Source of the DNA: Camelus ferus | Taxonomy: Eukaryota | Reading direction: 5' to 3' | NCBI RefSeq assembly: GCF_009834535.1 | Contig: NC_045697.1 | Location: forward strand, 70,496,001-70,560,000 | Length of the DNA: 64,000 nt | In this document: positions 11,726 to 24,316 of the stretch, in pieces | Numbering within the stretch: position 1 is the first letter of the stretch | Layout: each line of letters starts with the position of its first letter | Translations under genes and position numbers: made by a program | The notes under the pieces: model-generated | Database searches by the model: none | What the model saw: the letters and a program-made list of their open reading frames with translations, nothing else | What the model was told of the DNA's origin: nothing

Positions 11726-13109
11726 ATCGTTTGCGGCCATTCCTGAATCTGTAGACATCGCCATACTTTCTAATTTCAAATGCTTTCCCCTGCTCTCTGT
11801 ACTGAAATATTTATGAAGCTATTTGGTACTCAGAGGAAATCAAGTTTTAACACAGCTGAGGCTATCTTCTCTCTCTAGTCAATGGTTTTGTTGAAAGCTC
11901 ATTTTAATAAATGCACTAGAGAGGCATTTTTGAATAGGAAAGAGTCATTCAGCTTTGGGAAACGTCCAGGTGGAATACGTATTAGATGCTTTTGTTATTT
12001 CTGCCACTTTGGTTAATGAAGCTGTCCCCTTTATAATATAATTAGAGCAAGAACAATTCTCTCACCAAATATCAAGTGACACACATAGGATCTTGTTATT
12101 AGATCGTTCCCTCTGAAGAGTCACAGGAAACCATTCAAACACAGGACTTGACATACCAGGGTAAATACAGCCAATTAAGAAAATGGTAAGTAATTTCACG
12201 AGAGAAATTCTAATTCTTACTAAAGACTTTCAGTGTCCCTTTTCTATCAAATCACCTTTTATTTTTTAAGAACCAGAGGAAGCTATTCCATAAACATGTT
12301 TTTGTTTACCTGGGCGGGGCAATTTTACTAGTCTTTCTAAATACAAAGTCAGAATTCAAGGAGAGAAAAAGTCTGCTCATAGTGATCTCCTGGAGGCTGA
12401 AGACAAAATTAGTTTTTTAAATTCAGTAGTCTAATCACTGAGAGTGCAAGATAAGTTAACAAAAAAGCATGGAGTTCCCCCAGAGAAACAATTCAGCTCC
12501 TCTTCATGGTCTGTTAGGCTGGATACTTTTCTATCAGACAGGACTTTTTTCTGTCTACCTCGCAGAAACTGTGTTATACATAAAGTGGCAACTCCACAGC
12601 GCTTCCTTTATACTTTGATTGCCTGACTCTTCCTTCCATCCATCCAACCCATCCCCCCATATGCTCCTGTACACATTTTCTAGGACAAGTATTGCTTTTC
12701 TCCAGGGTTTAATAAACATATACATCTTTCTTAGCCAAAAATGTTGACATACAGTCAAGAAAATGGACTCTACAGAGTTGAAACATCTTGGGCTTTAACT
12801 GAGACACATTAATTTCATCCACCAACCTGAGTGGCTTGAGCTCTGTATCGATCATTTATAGCTACTGTAGTTGAAGCATGATAGTTTTTTTTTTTTTTAA
12901 GCGATGCAACACATATTTTGGGGTTTGGCAGAAATGCACGCTAAATCTTTACACATCAAATTATTCAAGCAGTATGAATACATAGTTTAAGTCATATTTG
13001 CATTTGTGAAATTTTAGGGTTTCAAGACTTTGATAGAGGATTTCACGCTGTTTATAAGGAAGAGACAGACATTGTAATGCCCTCCTCTTCTTATGTTAGA
13101 AGAGGCCGG

Positions 13110-13345
13110 GGAGTAGTGAGCTTAGCTGGAAAAGCCTGAGCTTTAGCGCCTGAGAGAACCAGGTTCACATCTCCGTCCTGTCTGTTACTAGCTCTGTGGC
13201 TTTTGGCAAGCTCATTATTCCTGAATCTTATAAAATGCAGCCACTAACACCCATTCTGTAGGGTGAAAGTAAGAGAAAAAAGTGGCATTTACATTGCTTG
13301 GTTCTTATACGTAGCAGGAGCTAAATAAATGGTAGCTGTTTATTG
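13110..13345 (+). mobile_element. MIR
   Basis: ggttcacatctcc...ttactagctctgtggctttttggcaag...taaaatg...aataaatggtagctgtttatt. Confidence 0.75.
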
Positions 13346-16300
13346 ACCACATTGTTTCATCAAATTTTAATATTTTATTTGGGGAATTCTCTATAATGGA
13401 TGCTGTTTTAGTTGACTAAAACAACAAGTATATTGTAATTTATAGCAGGCTTTTTAGAGAAAAAATTTTAGAGCCATTTCAGTTGTTTTAAAATCATTGT
13501 TATTAGTAATATTTATCCTAGTCACCAAATAAATGCTATTTAACTTACATGTTATGATTTTGTGTTCTGTATCTGTAGATCAACATGGCAGTTCTTTCCA
13601 GGGCCATTCAGAGTGACTGTCACACATGGTAAAGCCATTTGTGCATATTTTGTAGTGACCTTGAATTATTAGTTTGGGGAAGGATTGAGATGAGAGAGAG
13701 GATGTGCTTGGGAATCACTGAGACACTGAGTGTGGATAACTTAGGATGCCTGAAGGACAGAATGACTTAATTGTTTTAAAGTTTGACATGTAGGATATAG
13801 AGGGACACTCATCAAAACAAGAACCAATGTGAGGTTCACTGCACAAAGGAGGAAAATGGCAGGGGTGGGAGTGGTACAAACATGCTGGTTTTTCTTAGAC
13901 TTCATTTGGTCGGGCTGGAGGAGGGCAAACAGATTGAAAACCCAGTCTGCTTACTGACAGACTAGCTGAGAGAAATTCCATGAAAATGAGAAAAGACACT
14001 TGGGGTTATAACAATTCTGCTATATTTGAAGGGAAAACTTGAGAGCACAAGGCTGACAAAGAATGACCTTTAATTAAGCCTGGATTGTTTGTGAATATGT
14101 GTATGTTATTCTTCCCCTGAGGCATTCCTCTTTAAAGGCATGACAGTCCATCTGAGTTATTTTTATTATTGGATTTTGTGTAATTTCCCCCACTCACTTC
14201 AGCAATGGTGTTATTGATGCATGGCACTGGTTTCTAAAAGTCCTTTCTGGCTTATATCATGACCTTGCTGGCATTTAATTTAAACACAAGAAGTCAGAAG
14301 AGAACTCCTGTATTATAGGCAAACTGTCTGCAAAGTCTAGGGTGCTCAGTATTGGGCACAATGGCTAAATACTTTGAATTTTCTGGTATGAAACTATCAA
14401 GTGTGTCCAATATTTTTGTTGAAACTGTGTGGCAAAACTCAAGCCTCACATTTGGCTTTGTTTAGTTACAAGTGTTTTAACAGAAGCCAAGAGGAGTAAG
14501 ACAAGCTGGGGGCCACAGCAGAAGGTTCCTGTGTTGGACAGGCTCCCTCTTGTGAACCAGAGCCCTGCTGGGGCCTTATGGGTGTGCAGGGGTGGCTCTG
14601 ACCCACTAACGCAGTGTGTGTGAGGGGTCAGAGGCAGAAAAAGTGAACAGTCACATCCTGGAAGACATGCAAAGGCCCCTTTGAGAGCATTCTTAGGAAA
14701 TGGGGGACGGAGGGGATAGGGAAAGGTCAGCGAGGCTGAGGCAGTCGACCAGCTGAACTGATCCAGAAGGATTCTGGAGACAAAGTGCTAATCCCTTAGG
14801 TGGCCCTTATGCTTTCAGCACACTGGCAAGGAAAAATTATCCTTTTTGAAAGAGCTGGGAGGGGTGATCAGAATTACTTAGTGAACCCCAGCTCTGACTC
14901 TGGATATGTCACCCCAAACTCACTATATGCCCTGGGACTTGTAATTTATCTCCAAAAGGAGAGAGTCCAGTTGAGTGGTTATGGAAGACCTCAGGCATTT
15001 TGGTTGTTGTTAATATTAATTCTAATTAATGGATGACACAGAACTAGTATGACTTGAAAGAAAAATTAGGAACTTGGGTGGAAAATTGTCAATGGAAAAA
15101 TTTGCACATGTGATCCTCAGATGTTCAGATTTAGAATGTGAAGGAAATCACCAGATAGAGGCATTCCTCTTTACTCTGAAGTCCTGCTTGTTTAGAAGCT
15201 CCTTTGACTGAATGTACACACCTTGACTTTCTATCTTCCCAATTTCACCATTCACTTGTGAAAATTCAGTTTAGGGGAGGTCAGAAGTTGTACTTATAAA
15301 GCAAGGGAGATAAGAAGTAGGTGAATATTTCTTCTTAGAAGTTTGGATCATGCTGAGGATGGAATTCTTTGCTTTTGAAAGCTGCAAGCCTGTTATCTTG
15401 GCAGTAGAGCTTCTCAAGTCTAGTCCAGGAAATATGTGAGGTCCTCCAGATAGGAAGTTGCACTGAGCCAGTGAACTCTGGATTCTTTGTAATTAGTTTG
15501 CTATTTGTAGAAAGATAAATACTAGCATAAAAAAAAAAAACCCAACCCTGGACATTTGGTATTTACTGAGCGGACTTTTCTGTTGGGGGAAATATGGCTG
15601 TAGGAGCATTTATTGCTGTAGGTAATATACCTTGTTTTCCAGCTTTGATTTATAGAGAAAATGCTGTGTAATTTCCCGCTAAGCAAGGAGTTTTCTTCTT
15701 GCCTATTCAATTCTTCATCTTTATTTTCACAAGTAATTTTAATATTTAGAACATTTTTCCTTAGGTCTTTTTTCATCTGTATGAAATTATTAAATTCTAA
15801 TTAAAAATAAATCAAGGAGTTAAATCCAGATTCTAAGCATGGTTTATTACTGTTTTCACCTCTGAAGAGCCATCTTGCCTTAGGTAATTACTCCATTGAT
15901 TGTGGCCTCAAGATGGTTTTCTGTTTTTTTTTCAATTCCGGATTCACTGTTTGCTAATGAAAAATGCGATCAAACAGCTAGTTGGTTGTTCTGCAAAATT
16001 GCAAAACTAGTAGAACACTTACTCCTAATTCACTGAATATAGACGAGACCATGTGGTCGTTTCTTCATTGTGTCCATTATTAAGATTCAGACTATTAAAA
16101 GGCAAACGACACCTATTGACTACACTGTGTATATGTGTGGTAGGCAAAAGCGGAGAATAGGAATAGAATTAAATGATTTGAACCTTTAAAAGCAGTTTTG
16201 CCCTTTATTGAACAAAATATTTTTTCCTGTTTTAAGATCTGCCTTTAGAATCTTGGGGGGAACAAAAGAGGCTCCTCTCATTCTTGATATTCATCATTGC

Positions 16301-17153
16301 TTCAAAAAACTCAGTCATTCTCCTTTGCAGGAATTACAGGGATTCTTTTTCTAGGTAAATTATAATAAAAAAGACAATCTGGATTTTAAGTACTTAATCC
16401 AGTAAGGTAAATTATTTGTTAAAATTTAGTTTTCATTGATTCTTCATTCATTCAACAAGTTATGAACTCTGAGCTTACCTAGTCCTTAAAGCACCAAGTA
16501 ATTCCATATAATTCTTACAACTGGGTTCATTGATTATTCCTCTGGATGGCTCACCGTAAGTGCTTTACAGGATTGCAAAAAGGCTTCAGGTTTTTGTTTA
16601 CTTTGATTCAAGTTGGAAGGTTAGAGTAATATGATGCATATTAACCTTCAACCCACCCTAGGTCTTCATTGCTTTGGAAATGCATGAGCCAGGGCTTAAA
16701 TGTATTTAAGCCCAGAAAAATTTTACAAGTTTGAAAATGATTCAGAGGTTAAGACATAGAGACACTGACACCTAATCATATTTTTATTTTAAACAGGATC
16801 GGAAGAATCAGGTGATATGAAATCATTCATAATTATCTGAAAGAAGCCTGGTTTCACTCAGTGGCTGAGTGAACACCAGATATGCTGATATGTTGTGCAT
16901 GAGGGGTTTGGCTAACTAGAACATGCTGAGGCCAAAGCTAAGGTAGCCAAGGGGGATTCCAAATCACAGCATTGGGTAACAGACAGCTGTATGTGCAAAT
17001 GGGAAAAGGAATAATAACCTTAGGAGTTGGAGTATTTGAATGCACAGTTCAAGGTAGTTAAGGGCAAATGACTCGGAACTAAAATTCAAAGATGAAAGCC
17101 TGGCAGTTCAAGAACATGTTATAGGACAAAGCGAAAGTCACTTGCAAACCCTA

Positions 17154-17636
17154 TATATCAATTTCCCATGGTCGCCATAACAAATTACTATAAACCTGAA
17201 GGCTTAAAACAACAGCAGTTTATGCTCTCGCAGTTCTGAATTCTGGAAGTGCACAGTCAGTTTCACTGGGCTAAACCCAGGGTGTCAGCAGGGCTGTGCT
17301 CCCTTTGGAGGCTCAGAGTGGCTGCTGGTGTTCCTTGGCTTATGGCTACCTCGCTGTAGTCTCTGCCTCTATGGGCACATTTCCGCCTCCTCCATGTGTA
17401 TAAAATCTCTCTCTGACTCCCTCTTATAAGGGTACATGTGTTTATATTTAAGGTCCACTCAAATAGTCCAGAAAAATCTTCTTATCTCAAGTTCCCTAAC
17501 TTAATCACATCTACAAGGACACCTCCCCCTCTTCCTTTTAAAACTACATGAGGTAATATGCACAGGGTCCAGAGATTCAAAGATTAGGACATGGATTTCT
17601 TTGAAGAGAGGGAGGGCATGTGTTTAGCTTACCACA
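17154..17636 (-). mobile_element. MaLR solo LTR (MLT1C/D-like)
   Basis: gccataacaaattac...ggcttaaaacaacag...cagttctg...ggtgtcagcagggctg...ttaatcacatct...attaggacatgga...ttaccaca. 5-bp TSD cccta/tccta. Confidence 0.88.
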
Positions 17637-18339
17637 TCCTACAATCCTCAAGTGATGAGAAAAGCCAGATTTGATTGTCTCAGTGCTAGGAGAGAATGCC
17701 ATAAAACTTGACCCATGGAAGGTGCTCCAGTTTAATCCCATTCTATCTCCTCTCTGTCCTCCTGGGATGGAACATGGAAGCCGGACAAGCGATTACAGCT
17801 GTCTGCTGCAACAGCTTGGTTGTCCTTGTGGGAAATGTGTTGAATAAAATCTGAGAGCCATGCTGAAGAATCTAAGTTGGAAAGGGTCCTACGGAGGTGA
17901 AAAGAGGTTAGAGAGGAGAAAAGGGGAGACGAATAGAGAAAAGAAGGAAAAAAGGCAGGAAGGATTAAGACCTATTAGAGGGAAGAGAAAATGTAGAAGA
18001 CACATCAGATTTCAGTCCTTAAACCAGGGTGTTAACCATTTTGATTGAAATCACCTTATTTTTATGATTAAACATTAATTAAATATTATAATACTTTATA
18101 TAAACATTAAATAAATATTACTCATATGGAATTATGTGTGTAGACGCAACTTGAGTAGAAGAAACCAATCCACCTCTTCTGAGACATTTTTTCTTAGTTA
18201 CCATGTAGAATTACTCACTCTCTGTTGTTTGCTCCCAGAGCACATCACACATTCCCTTCGCGCGCTGCATCATGAATGTGCATTTCATACTTTTCTCTCC
18301 AGTAGAATATGACCTTTAGGAAAAGAAGCACTCTGTCCA

Positions 18340-18580
18340 TAGAACTAATATTTATTGCTCACTTGTTGTATAGTAGGCATTTTGCAAAGCACTTTACATA
18401 CATTTAATCCTCTAAATAGTCCCATAAGATAAATATTTTTATTCCCATTTTAAAGATGATAAAGCCAAAGCAAGGAAAATTGAGTGTTGTCAGGGTCACA
18501 CAGCAAGAAAGAGGGAGAACTGGGGTTTGAAAGTAGCGGTCTGATTCCTAAACCTTCACTCTTAAGTAAACTAGCGCTAC
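18340..18580 (-). mobile_element. MIR
   Basis: aagcactttaca...catttaatcctc...attcccatttt...agggtcacacagc. Confidence 0.8.
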
Positions 18581-19619
18581 CCTGTGCTACCCTGAACCCA
18601 ACATATAATAAGATATTCAGTTGAATTGTTTCATGGTCAAATTCTTTCAAATTCTAATAAATAAACAGTTTCTCTAAAGTTTAACCTGGCTTTACTGGAG
18701 GGCTTTTTAAAAAATTTATTTTAAAGGAAGGTTGTTGCCTTACTCTTTAGGTTACATTTTTTGCCAACTCAAGGAAAGTGTGAAATGCCTCTAATTAGAT
18801 GCATCAAAGAATGTAAACTGTAAGATGTTGTGATAACCTCAAACTTCAAACGGGTTCCATTGATGTTAGAGTAAGAGAGGAGAAGGTAAAATAAAGATAC
18901 TATTTTAAGTTTATTTTCCTAATAGATGTAATTTATTTTGCAGAACTCAAAAAGGGTCTCATAAGGCCAAGATATAAATGCAATCTACAAAGTAAATAAA
19001 AAGAAGTGGACAAAGTAGAGTTTGTGGAAGGACTGAGCCACCATACTTCATTCATTCAATGAATATTTATTGGGTGCCAATCTGTCTAGAGTTCTCCAAG
19101 GAGAAACTCCAAGTGTAAGTTGCTAAATAGTACGTCTAATTACCTTGGCACCATCAGGAAATCTGGGAATGTCACCCCGTAGCTTGAATTTTGGTAATTT
19201 TTGGATAACTTATCTTTTTTTCTTTTTCCTTAGAGAAGCTAATAGTAACTTGAGGCTCATACTATTCCTGCTTTCTGGTGATGCCTACAAGGGGTAGTCT
19301 CATAATGGTTGGTCAATAAATATTTGCTGAATAGGTGAATGAGTGGACCAATCAGTCAGTTGAGAGAATTTGACGATTCCCAGTAAAAAATAGCAAAAGA
19401 TCTTAAATCTTATTGGGTTAGAACATTAGTTTCATTCAAAGATTTCAGATACTGTCAAGGAAGTCATCATTTTTCTCTCTCCTATTTCACATGGGCCTCT
19501 CACATAGGTTTGGGATTTATCCAGCATAAAGGTAATGTTCAAAAGTGTACAAACAGATGTGACCGCAATGCCTTAACCATAGCACTACAGGTTACTCTGA
19601 ACACTAACTCTACTAATTA

Positions 19620-20120
19620 ATACCACCGTCAACACAGCCATTACTGGTCCTTGCTATGCCCCAGGCATTGTTCCTCCTGATATGCAGTTATTTAGTTCTC
19701 ACAGTAATGTTGGTACTAGTATCTGATTTTGCAGAATGTCTGTGATTATTGGTAGTATTCATCAAATTGTTACTTGTCTAATTTCCTTTTTTTTCTGATT
19801 GTGGGATTTAGGACAGATTATTTTACTATATATGTAGCAATTTTCTGTTTCTGTGGTCTTATCTTTATGTTTTTCATCATTACCCTTACCAAAAGTCATA
19901 TGCTTTTTTACTTTGTCACTTAATTTTATGCATAAAATTTATACATATATGTACATATACATTTATCTTGTTTAAACCTCATAGCAACTGTATGAGCTAG
20001 CTTCTATTATTATTTCCATTTTACATGTGAATAAACTGAGGCTTAATGATGATTATTAACTTGGCCAAAACAGCAGAGCTAGTCAGGTGAAGTTAGAAAT
20101 AGTGTGTTTCTGATCACAGC
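19620..20120 (-). mobile_element. MIR fragments
   Basis: attattatttccattttacatgtgaataaactgaggc...aacttggccaa; upstream tatgccccaggcattgttc. Confidence 0.7.
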
Positions 20121-20129
20121 AAATAGCAA

Positions 20130-20735
20130 CATTATCTTATCCAGACCAGAAACCTGGAGTCACTCTAGATCCTTTCCTCTGACAATCTCTACATTTCACT
20201 ACCTAAATAATTACATCACTTCTTGAGACGATTTGATGGAATCCTATGACAGTAGGGTGAAAATTTAAATCTTTCCATGGCCTTCCAGTCCCTGCTTTGC
20301 CCCCTGATTGTTTCTCAGCCTCATTTGAACCCCTTGCTCTCTTGTCCTCATTCCAGCCAGACAGCCCTTTTTCCAGTTTGTGGGAGCTACTCTGTTGCTT
20401 TCTGCCTCAGGGCCCTTGACATGCTACTCCCTCATTTGGAATCTTGCACGCTCTCCTCCTTACCTAATACACCTGTGCAGCCAAATGAAAGCCGTATTCA
20501 AGTAAAATCAGTTTTATTATTGTTATCATTCTAGGATCTCACCGAACAGTGTCCCTTTCCTTCAGAGTACTTAGTTCAGTTTATAATTATATATCATAAA
20601 TATGGTAATTTAATTAATGGCTGTCTTCTTTATTTCTCTGTTGGGTAAAGGCCATGACAGTTTAGATTATCACAGCAACCCCACACCAGGACTGTGCATA
20701 TGTTAAGCACTTAATAAATGATCATTGAATGAATG
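20130..20735 (+). mobile_element. L2
   Basis: ccagaaacctggagtcac...tctgcctcagggccctt...aagcacttaataaat...ttgaatgaatg. Confidence 0.8.
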
Positions 20736-21784
20736 CTCTCTCCAGTATTTCTGATGTTTTGGATGACTTTCTTCTTTCTCTCCTCAGAGAATCATCTTCA
20801 ACAGATCATCATTTATCTAGAATAAATGGCAAATGGGATTTTCTGATTGTAAAGAAACCTCAATCTCTCTTAAAAAATACAACACACACACACACACATT
20901 CTACAAGAAGGAAAGTGCATGTGGGGAAGGCAGACGATTTCATAGTTCAAGTTTTAATTAAATTTGGGATTTTCTCACAGAAGAACTCCTGTTTGCTTGA
21001 CTATACTTGGTTCTGAGGTATTAACTACCACTATCCCTCTTTATATTCTGTGCCAAGAGGGAAAAATTCTCTTCCTTCATAAATGCTTAGCCCTGTTGAT
21101 ATTTTCAGCCTAAAAAGCATTTTCTAAATAATAAGGAAGAACTGAGATAAATACTGAAGTTCCTGAGGGATAGACAGGTTACAGGGCCCAGGTTCACTCC
21201 AGCATGAGGGTGGCAGATTTTTTTCCCCTCTCATCACATCTTCAATCCATTGGTAGTGGCTGCCTGGAGACGTGCGTGAAAGGGATTCTGAGGGATGGCC
21301 AGCCTCAGTGGGAAAGTGCGCCATAACTAAGTCATTCAACCCATATTTACTAAGTGTGTGCTCTGTGATTAGCAGGGCTGCTGAGGGGCGTGGGGGGACA
21401 GAGTCAGCAGTCTCGCTAGCCCTTCTCTACTCACCGAGGGCTGATACAATTTAGTAAGCATCTTGATTTATTCACCCTCAGCTCAAAGCTTATCCCTCTG
21501 TTCCATGGCTTTCCATCACCATTTTGACTTCTGACCCTAGAAGCTGATCTAACAGTGAATTTTGCTTTGCTGTTGGACAGGAATCAAAAGCCCTTTCTTC
21601 ACTAAAACCCTCACATTTTCATGGCTGGAGCCTCCCGTACACTATCATTTCTCCCCCCCCCCCCCCTTTTTTTTTTCTGCTTTTTCTTTTGAGAGACAGA
21701 CTTTTCTCCTACCTAATCTGTACAGACAGAATCATGGCCCCCTATTGAGGGCCAGAGAATAACCTGGCCCTTAATTCCTGAGCT

Positions 21785-22160
21785 GCGGTAGAGTCTGCTA
21801 GCTATTTGTCCCACATCCGTTTCCCTTTCTTTTTCATTAGAGATGGCCAGTAACTGGTCATTGGGTGGGGATTTTCACACATTTTCCCCTTTGCCCTGAA
21901 TTTCAATCCTTCTCGCTAGAAGGTGGATGTGATGGCTGGAATTTCAGGAATCATCTAGTGACTTTGAGGCTAGAAGTCATGATGGCAAAGCAGAAAGATA
22001 GATGGGGCCTGGGTCCCTGCTGACCCTAGTGGGGCTGTCCTTCAAGCTCTGGTCTGCCCACTTTCAGACATCATTTTATGTGAAAGAATTAAACCCTAAT
22101 ATGTCTAAGCTGTGTAGCTTGATTTCTACTATTTGCAGCTGAATGCAATTCCTAACAATA
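21785..22160 (+). mobile_element. Old MaLR LTR (MLT1-type)
   Basis: ggatgtgatggctgga...gatggcaaagcagaaagata...tttgcagctgaatgcaattcctaac. Confidence 0.7.
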
Positions 22161-22219
22161 TATGGGTTATTCAGCTCTGATTTCTCCCAGATTCTGTTAT
22201 TATATGCTTATTCAGGTGA

Positions 22220-22364
22220 GACCTCACTGTTCACCCAGGAAGGAATCTTACATTCTGTAAGTTCCATGAAGACAGGGAATGTGACTGTTTTGCTCACCAG
22301 TGTTTTCTCAGTGTCTAGCACATTGCCTGATACTTAGCTGTTGGCTGAAAAAAACTTGATGTGT
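22220..22364 (+). mobile_element. L2 3' end, interrupted by L1 (tail resumes at ~26825)
   Basis: tgtaagttccatgaagacaggga...cagtgtctagcacattgcctga; the terminal gaatgaatgaat follows the L1 at 26825-26836. Confidence 0.8.
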
Positions 22365-22515
22365 CAGAAAAAAAGAAAATTACAGGCCAATATCACTTAT
22401 GAACATAGATGCAAAAATCCTCAACAAAATACTAGCAAACTGACTCCAACAATATGTTAAAAGGATCACAAATCATGATCAAGTGAGATTTATCCCACGG
22501 ATGTGAGGATTTTTC

Positions 22516-24316
22516 TTTTTTTAAAGTAAAAATGGATGATTTTATCAAATAAAATTATGTTGGCAGAATACAGAAAAATTACTTCTTTTTTATCTTTCCG
22601 TATTTATTAAGTACCAAGCAAACTACGACAGTTGAAAGAACTCATTACAAACTACCAAAAGGTATTCATTTGGTGAAATTATCAAGTTACAAAATGCTAA
22701 GTAAAGAAATGCACTTCAAAATCCATGAAGCATAACACAAGTATATGAAAGTAGTGGTCTTAATGGCTTCTTTAACAAAAAATAACCAACAAACAAGAAG
22801 CACAAGAGAAATATTGTCAAGTTAGAAAAGAATAAATCAATTCTATTGTTCATTGGGATAATTAAACTAAAGTCACTTTAAAAATAACTAAACAAGAAAT
22901 TAGGATTTAAAAAAATAAGAATATTCCAATACTATATATTTTTTTCTACCAATAAAAGAAGGAAGGATTTGCAGGCCAAGAAATTGCTATGGATCCAGGT
23001 GCCTATCAGATCATTTGCACTGAGGTCTTGGTATCAACATAAAAATGAACTTTATTGTTACTCAAAGGTCAGAGCACCTATGTATAACTGAAAAATTGTG
23101 CTCTACACTGGAATTAGACACAACATTGTAAAATGATTATAAATCAATAAAAAAATGTTAAAAAAAAAAAGGTAAGAACACCTATGCATTATGAAGGAAA
23201 AGAAAATAATTTTACCTGTGATAGTGCAAAATAATTTCACATTAAAATGACCAAATGCATCTTTAGCATACTTCCAAATAATTCTTCTACACTTCAGTAA
23301 ATCAGGGCAAAGATTTTGCCCTAATAGAAAGGCAAAAGGGAGGTCTCTGACCAGGTGGCATCTTCATAGCTAAAAAAGAGATACCTACCAGAAAATTTGC
23401 ATTCATAGCTATAATTTCCATTGTAAAAAAACTAATTATTAGGTTTGCAATTAAACTATTTAAAAAATATAAAGTGATAAATGAATAATATGTCATATGA
23501 ATAATATGCCAAACTATCACATGCTCTACACATAAATGCTATGAATAAATACAGTCAATTCATGCTACAGGAGAAAGAATTGAGAGATTTATTTTCACAT
23601 TTCAAAATTCCTGAGTCTTATCAGAGAAAAACAAGTACCAAGAAAACAGACAAAATAAACCTACTCTATATTAGAGCAGACAATACAAATTTGGGCATTA
23701 AGTTAACATTATATTTATAGTTTTAAAGCTGAAGACTATGGGGACAAACATATATGTACTTCCATGGAATTATAAACATGATTTTAAAGCTTGTTTTTTT
23801 AAAAAGTGTTTTGATCAAATAAAGCCACTTCAGTGGTGGCAAGCCCACCACTTTAAAGGAATAGCACCTTTATTTCAAAGCCTAATTGTGAATATAAAAA
23901 GGAAAAGAAGTTTATTTTAATAAATAAATTAAATGCTTTAATTGGACTGCAATAAGATAGCCCTTTGAGCCATTGCCGGTTAAATAATTTCCCTTTTGCT
24001 TTGCATATTACACAGTGAAAGTTAAAAAAGGTATTTTAAGAGCACTTCTGTCTCATAATGTAAGATTTAAGCTTGTGTGTATAGGTGTAAATGGCCCTGC
24101 AACAACAAAATCCTTGCAAAAATACATTCAAACAAAAGTTCTTGTCTATTTTCTAGCTAGTAAGGAAAAGGGAAGCAAAGCAGTCCCACCTAAAACAATA
24201 AACACACACACATACAAACTGTTTATCCTTTCTGGAAAGACTACCAAAGCAAAGAATACTCAATAATATTGTATGTTTAAAATCGCATACTTTTACTCAT
24301 CTTTATAAGAAGGAAA
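22516..24316 (-). pseudogene. Retroposed non-coding sequence (likely processed mRNA 3'UTR or orphan transduction); source unidentified
   Basis: T7 tract at 22516-22522 (poly(A) on -); GATAAA on - about 18 nt upstream; 16-bp TSD gatgtgaggatttttc / gatgcatggatttttc; AU-rich and not recognisably a repeat. Confidence 0.75.
23083..23170 (+). mobile_element. ~90-bp L1 3' tail insertion
   Basis: Matches 5161-5245 (actgaaaaattgtgctctacact...caataaaaaaa.gttaaaaa); TSD aaaggtcagagcacctatg / aaaggtaagaacacctatg. Confidence 0.9.

Noticed and set aside
16796..16806. GATCGGAAGA resembling an Illumina adapter
   Set aside because: Only 10 bp match; flanks differ from AGATCGGAAGAGC.
21653..21676. C14-T10 run
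   Set aside because: Simple homopolymer with no TSD or associated element.
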